Source of the DNA: the human T2T-CHM13v2.0 reference genome, Homo sapiens
Direction: 5' to 3' (one strand)
DNA: 64,000 nt
Assembly (NCBI RefSeq): GCF_009914755.1
Contig: NC_060927.1
Below are positions 36,141-48,960 of this stretch, piece by piece. Under the pieces are notes generated by a model. That model searched no databases. It had not been told where the DNA came from and saw only the letters and a list, made by a program, of their open reading frames with translations. Position 1 is the first letter of the stretch; every line of letters begins with the position of its first letter. The position numbers and the translations under genes were made by a program.

Positions 36141-37362
36141 TCCCCCACCCCTAATGGTGGTGCCTAGTCATACGTTTTCAAGCTCATTTTAATGTACATC
36201 ATCTCCATTACTTCATCTTCATTACATCCATCCATGCCCTTTCAATCTCTGGTCACTTTGGGTGATACACATATCTTTACTCTACATGGGCAGAGTGTAT
36301 TATAGGAAGATACCAAATCCACATCCTGAAGTAGAGTCCAGCTGGTCTGTATGTGTTACATTACATGTTCATGGCCCAAACTTGCATTTACATAGACTTA
36401 AAGAAACAGTTCACAAAAGGGAAGGGACAACTAATTATAAATTAATAATGAGGGTAGTAATTTTTAAAAAGGCAAATTAAAAGAACCAAGCACAGTTTTT
36501 ATTTCTCTAACACATTTGCAAAATGGATTCATTTGTTAAATATCCTGTGAGTATCTATAACGTGCCAGGCAGTAAGCAATACAGACAACATTGTTGCCAT
36601 TATTACTGTTGCTTCTTACATTTTAGAAGGGGAGAGACAAATGCCATGCAAGCTTACACATAAAATAATTTCATATTGTCTAAAGTGCTACTGAAGAAAC
36701 AAAAGAGGTGATGTGGTGGAGAATTTGAAGCAGCAGTGAGCTACTTTAGAGCGTCATAGAAGGATGGAATAAAAGCGACATTTGAGCCTAAACCTGGTGC
36801 TGTCACCCACTGCTGATGACATGAAAATTGGCTATGTCTTCTAAGAAAATATTTTGCCAATATATTTTAGAGGTTATAATATTATTTTATCCAATCATTT
36901 AACAAATTTGGGACATCTCTGAAAATATGCTCCATCAATACCACTGCTGAGACTGTATACTAACGAAATTACTATAATAGAGTAAAATATCCCAATACAT
37001 TAGAAGCTTTACAATATTTTATAAAATCACAACCTAATGAACTGTCAATGAAAGGGGACAGTTAGATAAATTCTGGCATATCAACTAAAATGTGAAGGAT
37101 GCTTAAGGGATAATGTAAAAAGGTTATATAATGTGTAGAATGCTTAAGATATAATCTAATGAAAAATAAGCAGGTTACAAATTTGTCCACACATGGATTG
37201 TATGTAGGACTTGATGTGTAAAAAAATTGAGAAGAAAATTCTAAGAAAGTAATAAGAGCGATTGTGCAGCAGGTGCCTTTTATGGAGAATTTTTTTTCCT
37301 CTCCTGTTTTCAGACTTTTCTGATTCATTCTTTAGACAAATTATTAAAATGATGCTTCAGAC

Positions 37363-37655
37363 TTTTTGTTTTTTGAGACAGACTCTCACTCTGTTGCCCA
37401 GACTGGAGTGCAGTGTTGTGATCTTGATTCAGTGCAGCCTCCACCTCCCGGGTTGTAGTGATTCTCCTGCCTCAGCCTCTGGAATAGCTAAGACTATAGG
37501 CACATGCCACCATGCCAGGCTAATTTTTGTATTTTTAGTAGAGACAGGGTTTCACCACATTGGCCAGGCTGATCTTGAACTCCTGACCTTAAGTGATCCA
37601 TCCGCCTTGGCCTCCCAAAGTGTTGGGATTACAGGCATGAGCCACCACACCTGGC
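37363..37655 (-). mobile_element. AluS (Sz/Sx-like)
   Basis: Full dimer; TSD AATRATGCTTCAGA on both sides. Confidence 0.95.
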
Positions 37656-38132
37656 ATAATAATGCTTCAGAAAAAAAAAAAAATTATTTCAGTTCAAAGG
37701 ATAAATATCTTAAAAAAAAGAAATAAATACCTTTAAAAAGATAAATACATATCTTAAAAAAATAAGAAATCAGTTGATAAAGATTTTTCTATCAAATATT
37801 TGCATAATCAGCAGTTATTTTTACTCCAAAATAAGCAGTATGAGTCAAAAACTTTGCAGCTGGGAAGCCCATTAAAATCTTTGGTTGAATTTCAGCAGTA
37901 TCAAATTATTTTTCCAATGTCTATATAAACACCATAGGTGCATTGCATTTTCAAAGGAATAATTTGGCAAATAATCTGTTATAATTTCCTTACATTGACA
38001 ACTTGCTTTTGAATATGTTCTAACTCTGACATAAACTTTCATATATTACGTGCACTATCATATTTTCCAAGTGTGTAACTCAATTCAAATACTGATGTCT
38101 TTGGTCTAAAAACTTTAAAACATTCTAGATCC

Positions 38133-38287
38133 TTGCATTTCAAAGTTTGGTCTATGAATAAAAAGTCTAGGCATTGCTTGAGATTGTTAAAAATGCAGAT
38201 TTTCAGGCCCCACCCTTACATACTGAATCACTATTAATGAGATCTCCAAATGATTTGTATGCTCCTTAACATTTGAGGAGCACTGCT
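38133..38287 (+). mobile_element. MER5A1-like
   Basis: TGTTAAAAATGCAGATTTTCAGGCCCCACC..TACTGAATCA..TTTGAGGAGCACTG. Confidence 0.75.
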
Positions 38288-39724
38288 CTAGAATACGGGT
38301 TTCAGGATTAAATGATTTGTTCACTCTCTCCATCATTTGTATTTATCTGAAGGGATGAAAAGATTAGAATTTTCCACAGCTGAACTAGTGCTTTTGAAAA
38401 GTTCTCTATGATCTTTGCTTTCAGTCAAATGGAGAATAATGACAACCAGGCATGATCACTTTGAATTTAGGAGGTGTCTCTATTTTAGTTTTTCTGGTCT
38501 ATCTGTAACTTGGAGACAGTGTACCAGATTAGGGGGATGGATGGTGTACAGAAATCCAGTGTCTGTTAAATAAATGACAAAGTCAATAAAGAAGTAGGTG
38601 AAGGTACAAATAAAGAATGCTTCAGAATCTTTCTGAAATAATTTAAAGCCAACCTAAAAATTATAGTCCAATTTTAGAACAAAAACAGGCCTGAGTTTCA
38701 GGGATAAAAATGAAGGTGGTTGATAGATCCACTTTTCTTTAACCTGAGATTAGTCAAATGCTTTTTTAAAAAGGTTTTGTGTTCTATTAGTAATTATAAA
38801 TAAATATTCAAATAGATCTGAACAAAGAACTCCAGGGCACGTAAAGACAAAATATTGACTCTTCCTTTTTTCTTACCTCCAGGCACTGATTTCACAGAAG
38901 AATTCAATTGTATTCATGGCTCATGAACAAACATAATGATAAAAATGCTCTGTGGATATAAAAACATTTCTTCCCAGGGGCTCAAACTTCATTCTAGACA
39001 TTATCTCATTAATTGCTTCCTTAAATCTTTCTCATTGATTTTTATATTTTTTGAACTAGCAAGTTCACTATTTTTTTTTTTTTGCATATGAAGGAAAGAG
39101 TTCACTTCAATTAGAATTTGAGATCTTAAGCATCTTTTAAAATGGCGATGTTACTTCTCAACTGACAAGGAGTTACTGGAGTAGTTTCAAGAAAAACCAA
39201 AGTGACCGAACAGCATTATTTATTTATGCATGAACTAGCAAAAGTTCTGAGGGTGTCTTGGGAAGATTGTATCAGGAATGTAAATACTTGACTAATGTAC
39301 CTTGGCAGTATCAACCAGCAGAGATATGTTTGAAGATTAGAGATGTGCAAATGTCTCATTTGTGAAAGGGAAACAAAATGCTAGTATATATTATTAAATA
39401 AGGCTTCTGACAAAATAATGCAGTGATTGCTACGGACCAGTAGGGATTCACCAAGAACAAGGTCATTCCCAATCAACCATATTCCTGATTTTGACAGAAT
39501 TACCACTTGGGTAAAAGAAGGGAATACACAGATGTCATAAAATTCAGCTAATAATGATCACTATTCTTCCTTGAGCACTTCCAATGGGCCAGAAACTATA
39601 GGGAGCATTTTATAGACATCTCATTTAATCCTTTAAAACTTATGAGGAAGTAGCATTACTAATTTACATATGAGGGAAAAGCAGCTAGTCCAAGGTCACA
39701 AGGCTGTTTCCAAGGATAATGTTT

Positions 39725-40044
39725 TGAGACAGCCAGGTGGGAAGGGGTTCCCAGAGAAACTCCAAGTAGCCTGCGCACTGAGATGAGTGCCCACTGGGGT
39801 GGAGCCACAGAAGTTCATGCCCCTTGCAGCAGGGAGGAGCTTGGCCTCTCCTCTTCCTGGGTGGAACCCAGGATTCAATCTGCGAAGCAGGAAGGATGTA
39901 CTAGCAGGACTCTCGCTCTGCCCTGTTTCCCCTTTTTTGCCCAATCAATCCCATTTTTCTCACTCTTCAAATCATCTGCAAGCCTAAATTTTCGTGGCCA
40001 TGTGACAAGGACCCCATCTTTAGCTGCACTAAAGTTCCACAGCA
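39725..40044 (+). mobile_element. ERV1 solo LTR (MER61-like), inserted in a MIR
   Basis: TGAGACAGCCAGGTGGGAAGGGG..TGGGGTGGAGCCACAGAAGTTC..CATGTGACAAGGACCCC; TG...CA ends; TSD GTTT at 39721-24 and 40045-48. Confidence 0.8.
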
Positions 40045-40489
40045 GTTTCTATGCATCACAGGATGCTCTTTTTCACAAACCTAATTTGCCTGTGAAACTG
40101 TGTGGTTAATCGGTCAGATCACTCCATCTGAGCAATTTAAACGTCGTCCATAATTTCTGTTATAGTATTTCTGCATTATAATGCCTATTTGTTTGTCTGG
40201 CTCTCTTTCCACACCAAGAGCTTTTCTTCCCTTGATTTCCTTTGCCTAGCCCAGGGCTTGCCCTCAGGTAGTGTTCAAACCACTGTTAGGAGACAATCAA
40301 GAGGGAGCCTATTGAGGCCAATGCTAGGGATGAGAATGGGGAAGTAAGACAGTGCCCACCAGAGCCTGGGGCCCTCAACCCCCAATTTAGGAGGTACTTT
40401 GAACTCTTTGGCTCTATGATTATACATAAGTATTCTTTTTTGTTTGTTTGTTTTTTTTTTTTTTGGTCTTTCTCAAAAAAAAAAAAAAA

Positions 40490-40775
40490 GTGATTGGATC
40501 ATGGGGGCAGCTTCCCCTATGCTATTCTTGTGATAGTGAGTGAGTGCTTACGAGATCTGGTGCTTTAAAAGTGTTTGGCAGTTTCCTCTGTGTGCTGTCT
40601 CTCTCTCTCCTGCCACCATGTAAGATGTGCCTTGCTTCCCCTTCAACTTCTGCCATGATTGTAAGTTTCTTGAGGCTCCCCAGCCATGTGGAACTGTGAG
40701 TCAATCAAACCTCTTTCCTTTATAAATTACCCAGTCTCAGGCAGTTCTTATAGCAGTGTGAAAATGGACTAATAT
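40490..40775 (+). mobile_element. THE1D/MSTA-like LTR, 5' part missing
   Basis: GTGATTGGATCATGGGGGC..CCATGATTGTAAGTTTC..GGAACTGTGAGTCAAT..ATAAATTACCCAGTCTCAGG..GGACTAATA. Confidence 0.88.
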
Positions 40776-40839
40776 ATCCTTTAAAGTAGTATTGTTTACA
40801 TTTTAAAACATATAGTGATTGAAAGAACAAGGTGTTAAA

Positions 40840-41060
40840 GAGATGGTCCAGTGGAGTGGTTAAAAGTGTGAGTTCTGAAGATGCCCAATGTGGGTTCAAT
40901 TGCAAGTGATGACCTTTAATAGCTTTTGATCTGGGCAAGTTACTAAACTTCTTGGGGCCTGTTTCTATTATCTATAACCCTTCTTCACAGGGTTATTTTG
41001 AGCATTAGATATGTTAGGTCATGTAAAACTGTTCCTGGTACATAATAAGTGTTATATGTA
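40840..41060 (+). mobile_element. MIR
   Basis: GTGGAGTGGTTAAAAGTGTG..GGGCAAGTTACTAAACTT..CACAGGGTTATTTTGAGCATTA. Confidence 0.7.
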
Positions 41061-41436
41061 AACTGTTATTAGCATCTTTAGGTACAGAGATGGGGAGATT
41101 TCTAAAAAAATTATTAAGTGAAAAGAAGTGAATGGAAGAATAATATATATGGGATGGTCACTTTTACGTATTAAAAACTATTTTTATTGAATAAATGCAA
41201 AGATAGAGGAAAGATGCACCAGTCTTTGTTGCTAACCTATTAGAAGGGGAAGACTGTGGGGAAAGAGGAGAAATGAATAAAGGGAATTTTCATGTGTTCA
41301 ATATGCTTATTTCTACATTATTCTAATTGTTACAATGATTACATACTCAATATACATATTTATTCTATTAAAATATTAAATTAATATTGAGGGAAAAGCA
41401 GGTAGCTTTGATAATATGCTACCTGCACCCCCATAA

Positions 41437-41827
<391 letters not shown>

Positions 41828-41856
41828 CTGGCCTTCTGATTTTCAAAGGCACAGCA

Positions 41857-41897
41857 CAAAAAAAACAAAAACAAAAACAAAAACAAAAACAAAAAAA
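41857..41897 (+). repeat. (CAAAAA)n simple repeat
   Basis: Direct reading. Confidence 0.9.
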
Positions 41898-42104
41898 CTT
41901 GGTCCCATGCCTCAGTTTGGTCACTAGTTTTGGTCTTAGTCTTTTGAGAGGAGAACACCAAGTCCATGGTTTTTTTCATACTCCGATGACTGGCACTGAT
42001 CAATGTTAAGAAGAACGACCTTTCACTCCTGAATTTTCTCATTGACTCAGGCAAGAAGGGTCCGATGCAATTTCTTCATTTACTAATGGATATGAGAAGA
42101 TTTA

Positions 42105-42870
42105 TGTGGAGTCCTTATTAGGGAAAAGGAGTCAGGCTGGCGGCACCAAGGGAAAGCAACTAGAGAAAGCAGATGAGCTGTAGGTCTGCCTTTGTGGCCC
42201 AGGACATATAGCCCTCCCAAGCAAATAACATACATTAGGGGTCCCCAGCCCCCAGGCCACAGACCAGTACCAGTCCCTGGCCTGTTAGGAACCTGGCCAC
42301 ACAGCAGGAGATGAACAGCAGGCAAGAGAGCATTAAAGCACCTCCTCCTGTCAGATCAGAGGCAGCATTAGATTCTCATAGGAGCACAAACCCTATTGTG
42401 AACTGTGCATGTGATGATCTGAGGTAGAAGTATTATCTTGAAACCATGCTCCCCCAACCCCCAACCCCCAACCCCCACCCCTACTTCTCCATCCATGGAA
42501 AAATTTTCTTCCACAAAACCAGTCCCTGGTGCCAAAAAAGGTTGGGGACCACTGACGTACGTAACTCACAAACTTCCTGCTTATCATCAAACACTTCAAT
42601 TTGTCATCAAACACCTCAGCTGAGAGAGAATACAAGTTAGCTCCCTGCTGCCTTGGTGGTATCAATCAGCCCAGAACCATCCTAAAAAATCTCCAGGAAG
42701 CCTTTGTTTCCTTGCAGTCAGATCCTTCTTTGCCCATTCTGCCTGTTATTCCCCTGCAACATATTTTCATACTTTCTCTAATAAATCTGCCTTTCTTTAC
42801 CTACAACTGTCTTGGTAAATTCTTTTACCCCTGCACCAAGTGCCTGGAAAGTCACCGGTCACCAACTGGT
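42105..42870 (+). mobile_element. LTR47-like solo LTR, split by MER1B
   Basis: Starts TGTGGAGTCCTTATTAGGGAAAAGGAGTCAGGCTGG; AATAAA near 42780 followed by a U5-like segment. Confidence 0.65.
42236..42554 (+). mobile_element. MER1B (hAT-Charlie)
   Basis: TAGGGGTCCCCAGCC..GGCCTGTTAGGAAC..CAGCATTAGATTCTCATAGGAGC..GGTTGGGGACCACTG; 8-bp TSD ACATACAT / ACGTACGT. Confidence 0.9.
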
Positions 42871-43032
42871 CAATGCCTGTTGACTATAAACTGTCACAGG
42901 AGATGTTTCAAATGAACTGTTTTCCTGAAAGTGCTTTGGAAATCTGAAGCATTAAGTAAAAAAATACATATTTAATAATAGTGACAACACTAATGATATA
43001 TTATCAATTAATTTTTTTCTGTATAGAGCCAG

Positions 43033-43251
43033 AATTTTTTTCTGTATATAGCCAGATAATGAATATTTTCGTCTTTACAGCCATGCAGTCTCTGCCATAA
43101 CTACTCAATTCTGCCATAGTAGCATGAAAGCGGTTGTGTACAGTACATCAAGCAGTGAGTGTGGCTGTATTTTGCACAGGCTATTTTATTTCCAAAAATG
43201 TAGTCCATGGTTTGGATTTGGCCCATGAACTACATAGTTTGCCAACCCCTG
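43033..43251 (+). mobile_element. MER58A, left terminus lost
   Basis: GCCAGATAATGAATATTTT..ACTACTCAATTCTGCCA..GGATTTGGCCC..TAGTTTGCCAACCCCTG. Confidence 0.85.
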
Positions 43252-45697
43252 ACAATCCACTGAGGGGAGACACTGAGAACTTGTTTTTGACATGGGATTC
43301 ATGAGATCTGTATACTTTTTATGTTTCCATAGACAGAGAGATTCCTTAATCAAGTCTGCTTCATTAGCTCTGAGATAATAGTGCATCTGTCTTGCCATTC
43401 CCTCCAAAAGAAGAAAGAAAAAAAAGGGAATAAAACCCCAAATTGTGATGCGGAACAAGGGAACATGCACACTAATTTAGACTGCATAAAACCAAATTAA
43501 GGTTGTTTTTCTGATTGAAATTAGAAACAGTTGAAAACTCATGTTAGTAATTTGGAGTTGGCAGCTCTAAGTATGTTTATTTTTAACATCATTACTTATT
43601 TGTGAAGGGAAAGATACATAAAACTTGTTGTCTCAATTAATTAAAAGAAATAAGCTCCCAGAAAGAAAAAAAAATATATAGAGTTTTAGTGAAGCTCTTT
43701 AGTCTGTGTTGACATACACTAATATTTTAACTATGGGACTGAATTAATTGAATATTGGATATTGAGCCAAATTAGTCCAAAAAGTTAAGTCACTTAAACT
43801 TTTTAGAATTCAACACGTCAAAGATTTGAACCTTATAAAGACTTCAGTGCAGATTTTAACATAGATCTTTTAAACATATATCTTCAAGTTGGAATTCCAT
43901 CTGTCTCTATCATTGTTCTTCCTTAGGTGTACTTGATTTTTGTGTTTGTGTGACAAAGCCAGTTAATGCACTTGGTTGAAATTCCAAATTTTGGTTTAGA
44001 TCAGTGAAATAACCATTTTGCATTCCCTAATGTGCAAGTTTTAACATATAGGACAAAAATTGAGCTGCAGTACTCATTCTATTTCATTGATATTGATAGA
44101 CCGCCTCATATAATTTAATTTTAAGGAGTTCCACATTTGTTTGGCTGTAGTTTAAACTCTGACTCCCCATTCTACTACTCTTCACAGCCTTCCACGAGCA
44201 GGCAGTAGCTCTTCCAATTCTTTTACCCACTTCCCTGCACCATGCTCAGTGATGCAGCCCATCATTGCTTTCTAGACACCATGTTGTCTGACCTTTTTGC
44301 CCTTCTTCTCCTCCTGTGTTTATCCAAATCCTAAGCATCCTTCAATTTCAACTCAAATTCTCCCCCTAAGAAACCTTCCTGGATGACCTCAGCCCAAAGT
44401 GATTATTCCCTCAGATAAATTCCTAAAGCATTTACTCTCGTCATAAGTGACTTGTCACATAAGAGATATCACCTTTGGTTGGTAGTGACAGTGTCTCATC
44501 TCTAAACTCCTAGAAGGCAGGGACAATTCTTTAAAATTGTGTTCTTAGGATCTAGTATATTTCCTGCATCGTATAGTCATTCTTTCAATAATAATTTGTT
44601 GGAAGGACAGCTGGATGGATAAACAAACAATCTATACCAACCAGACTGTAAGAGGCTGGCAGGAAAGGGCCATGACTGACAACAAATACTTAGTGATTTA
44701 TTTGAGCTTTACACTTATTAAATGATAGTTCCATCTCATGGTTTTAAATTCTAAAAATGAGCTTAAGACATATATACAGAATATCAATGAAATGAGACTT
44801 CCAAATGAAAATTCCAAGATTTCGATAATCTATATGTTTAAAATCACTGTATTATAGAATGAGATTTTTTAAAAAGATGTTCAACCCAACACTCTTAACT
44901 TCATAGAACACCAGCACATTTCCAACTGAAAACCATTAAAGATGAAGAAGTTATATTACACAAAGTTTTAGGAATAATTATTACAATTTTAAAAAAGAAA
45001 GTACTCAAATCTACAAATGAAAACTGGAGTAGGTGAAAACTGGAGTAGGTGATAATGAAATTATCCTTTCCAGATAATTTCAGCAAGAGAAGTTGCTGTT
45101 AAGGAGGAATTGTGAGCAGTGATGAGGAAATGGCACGGTGAGATGAAGAGTGTACCATGACCAATGGTTCACATTAAACAATCATCACACTGTGTTCTAC
45201 TTTATTTTTTCCCTCATCAATGGTTCAGAAGTTTACTTGTCACTTGGATGAATATGGTGGGGGAAAAACTATTGGTAAACGTAACATTGTGGAATAGAAT
45301 TTTTTCTTTTCCAAAAGGAGTTGTTTTTTGACCAGGAGAAATGAATTCAATTCCCACGTTTTCATTTAATTTTACAACTGGTCAGAGACATTTTTAACAT
45401 GTTTCCATTTCTTATTCCTTATCAAAATGGATTAAAGAATCAGAAAACAGGAAGTTCCACCCCACACTAAAATAACCTGTGATTTACTGATTTGCTTTTT
45501 GCTGAAGCTTTCAAAGAACCACACAATCACATCATGGTCTATCAGATGCCTCAGATGTTCCCTATACTATAAACCACCATATTCCTTCAGCTTTCTACTT
45601 TAGTAGAACATTCTCTGTGCTGCAAAAATGCATACATGAACATAAAGACAGATAATTACAACATTAGCACAAATGTAAGGTTAAGAATCTGAAAGAC

Positions 45698-46013
<316 letters not shown>

Positions 46014-48734
46014 TCAAGTCAAGATTATCTTACATTGGAGTAATGTTTTTTTTCCTATTCGGAGGCTGTATAATAAATATACAAAACATGTGCCCTTGTT
46101 TCTGGAAAAAAAAATCAAAATTACAATATCCTGTATCCTGCAGAGAGAATATAATCTGGGGTGGGAGGTATATACTTGAGTCCACTACCATTCTTTAGAC
46201 AGAAAGGCAGAATTTCTTAACAATTTTATCCTTCCTCTGCTAACTGAAATGCAGGGTAGCCCAGAAACAACTGGAATTCATTTAATTTGTAAGCAGGTTT
46301 TGAGCTCTGCTGAAGCTCCTCTGTCTTCATCTTAATGTACTTTCCCCCAAAGAACAAAAAGGAGAGAAAGTTACAGGCCTGAGAAGGAAAATGCAGCAAG
46401 TTGGGGATGGGTAGGCTGGCACAGCAATAATTAATAATTAAATAATTTAAACATGCTCTCCAAAGCTGAGCATCTGACAGGCTGCTGCACTCCATCAGCA
46501 CGGAGGCAGATATGAGCCAAGGAAGACATTCTAGGAAGTTGAAAGAGTCCCTCTGGGAAAATTCTGATCAAACGAATGATTAAGAGGGACTTCCAAGGGT
46601 CAAACTGAAGTCCTTTGTTGTTTTTACTTTCAAAAATCGCCCAATTCAGACATTTTTGTTAGAGTGTACATTAGCAATTAAATATGTATTTGCCTAGCTG
46701 AGTAGAAATGTTAATTCTCTCTTAACCTCCTAAACTCAGCTTTCGGGCAGGTTTAAATCATAGGATGTCAGTAAATATAAGTGTAAGTTTCATATACGTG
46801 TCATGAATGAGTGTGCCCACACTGTCATACCTTCCCTAGCAGCCAGAATAGGTTTGGAATAGAGAATGTGCTCACAGTGAATGGAAACATATGTATAGGC
46901 ACATATACATTCATATAATACATTCCCAAAGAAGCTGTAAAACTGAAAGGAACATAAGATAAAAGTAGTTTGGTCTAATTCCCCACATTTTGCAGAATAG
47001 GAAATTGAGGGCCAGAGAAGCTAACACATACACACGCAAAAATGTGTGCAAAATCGAACACATGGATAGAAGAAAAGGGAAAATTTGAAGTCAGGCTTTC
47101 TATAATAACACCAAAATTAGTGCACTTTCACTGCTTTGTACTTCACAGTGATAAGGACTTGAAAACGTCACTGATATACCAGATGCCTAAATTCTTCTCT
47201 TCACTCTAGTCAGCGGATTTTGGCTTCATCACATCCTAATTCTCCAAAATCAAGGTCAGATGGTGAAGACCAAAAACTCTGCAGCCTTCATACAGCTCAA
47301 AGCATAGACTCTTGAATCCTAAGTCCAAGTCTGCCATTTTGACTGCCCAGTCCTGTCTGAATCACTTAAGCATCAGTACACTTGAAGTCCTAAAAGCATA
47401 TTAGATTCTATTATCATTAGCATCACTGTCAGAGCACCAGAAGCATTAATTTGTGTTGTTAGACCATGAGTTTTGTGTTTTATTGTATTTGCTAATTTGG
47501 CTTTTTATTGTACACCTAGCACCAGATGCAGTTGGCAAGGCATGTGTGTGTGCAGATATGGAATAAAAAATGATTATTAAGTGAAAGAGAACTTTACAGC
47601 CCAATGAGGGTTCAAAGGAAATAGTGTCCCTAAGGGCCAGGATTTGTAGCATGGGGGTTTCGTGGGAAAGTAACCAGGTGGTAGACATAGACAATGATTC
47701 GGGACAGTCAAGCACATGATAGGTATGAAGCCCACAGCATCCCTATCAGGCAGGCATGGTGAATATGACAGATCTATCCTGTCTTGCTGGGGAACTGTAC
47801 CCTGCTCACACTGACCATAAAATTTTCAGGAAAGGATGGGACAAGGATTAAGGCTGGTAAAGGAGGAGGGGCCAGTGGTGCAGGATTTCATGTGACATAT
47901 CATGAAATTAGACATCTTCTCTTTTTGTAGCTGTCAGGGAGAAGCCACTGAATGGATTCATCAGGGAGCAGCATGATCCTAAAAAGCTCATTCCGGCAGC
48001 TGCTTAGAAGTTGGAGCCTAGGAAGGAGTTGAGACAGGGACACCTAAATGAAAAACATCAGGCCAAGTATCTCGATCCAATCTGCCTCTTCAACAAGATC
48101 AGAAATGCCTCGAGTCCAGGGCCTATGTCACACTCAACATGCCAAACATTTGCATACAGCAGGTGCTCACTATACAGTTTGTTAAATGAATCAGCATTGC
48201 ACTGTATTTGGGGTGACTGTCTAGAAGGAATATATTACTGCATTAGGTCATAGAGGCTAAAAACTTCAATACCCTCTTTTAAACTATAAATAAGATATTG
48301 AAGCATTATAAGGGGGAAAAAACAAGGGCCAAGGCAAGGTGAAGCACAGCTATAAGCGACAGTCCTTAAACATTGTGCAAGGGAGGAGGCACCAAATTTC
48401 TTCCAGCAAGGAAAGAAACAATCAGTTTTACTTAGAAAAGAAAGCTAGTCCTACAGCTCATTGACTGGGTGACTCAAATGAAGTTGAGGCTTGACCTTCA
48501 TGATGATGAGAAGCTGAACAATCATTGCTCCTGTCAGTCTAGCCATCAAGATGGTCTAGGAGGTCTCATACACTCTGCAGGTTGTCTTCACTGCATCAGA
48601 TATGTCATCTGAGTGACCGTGGCTCAGCCTGGGACAGGTGGGGGAACCTCTAGCTACTGGTTTTTAAGCCAGCGCCTAGCCAGTACCAGGACAAAACTAA
48701 TTTACAGGGATGGGAAAATAATACTAGCAGAAGT

Positions 48735-48960
48735 TACTCTTTCCTGAATGCTTATCACCTCCAAGGCACTATGCTTAACATTTCACTGGCATTATCTCAC
48801 TGAAGCCTCAAAAAACCCCTATGAGTTAGGGACATTATTACTCCCAGTTTACAAACGGGACAACTAATGCTCAAAGAAGTAATTTGTCAAAGGTCACACA
48901 ACAAGAAGTGGCAGAACTAAAACTTAAATCCATGACGAGCTATCCATCCCCTGAAGCCTA
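48735..48960 (-). mobile_element. MIR
   Basis: AACCCTATGAG..ATTATTACTCCCAGTTTACA..AAGGTCACACA. Confidence 0.7.

Noticed and set aside
39725-40044. p53 response element in the MER61-like LTR
   Set aside because: Some MER61 subfamilies carry p53 sites, but I see no paired RRRCWWGYYY in this copy.
45106-45117. GGAATTGTGAGC, identical to the start of the lac operator
   Set aside because: Only 12 bp match, the rest of the operator is absent and there is no vector sequence nearby; chance match.
44900-45140. Exon-like stretch (QLKTIKDEEVILHK...; CTTTCCAG|...|GTGAGA)
   Set aside because: The frames I translated contain stops and I recognise no homolog; evidence is insufficient.
46494-46510. REST/RE1-like TCAGCACGGAGGCAG
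   Set aside because: It lacks the CC after TCAGCA and the GGACAG right half-site; poor match.
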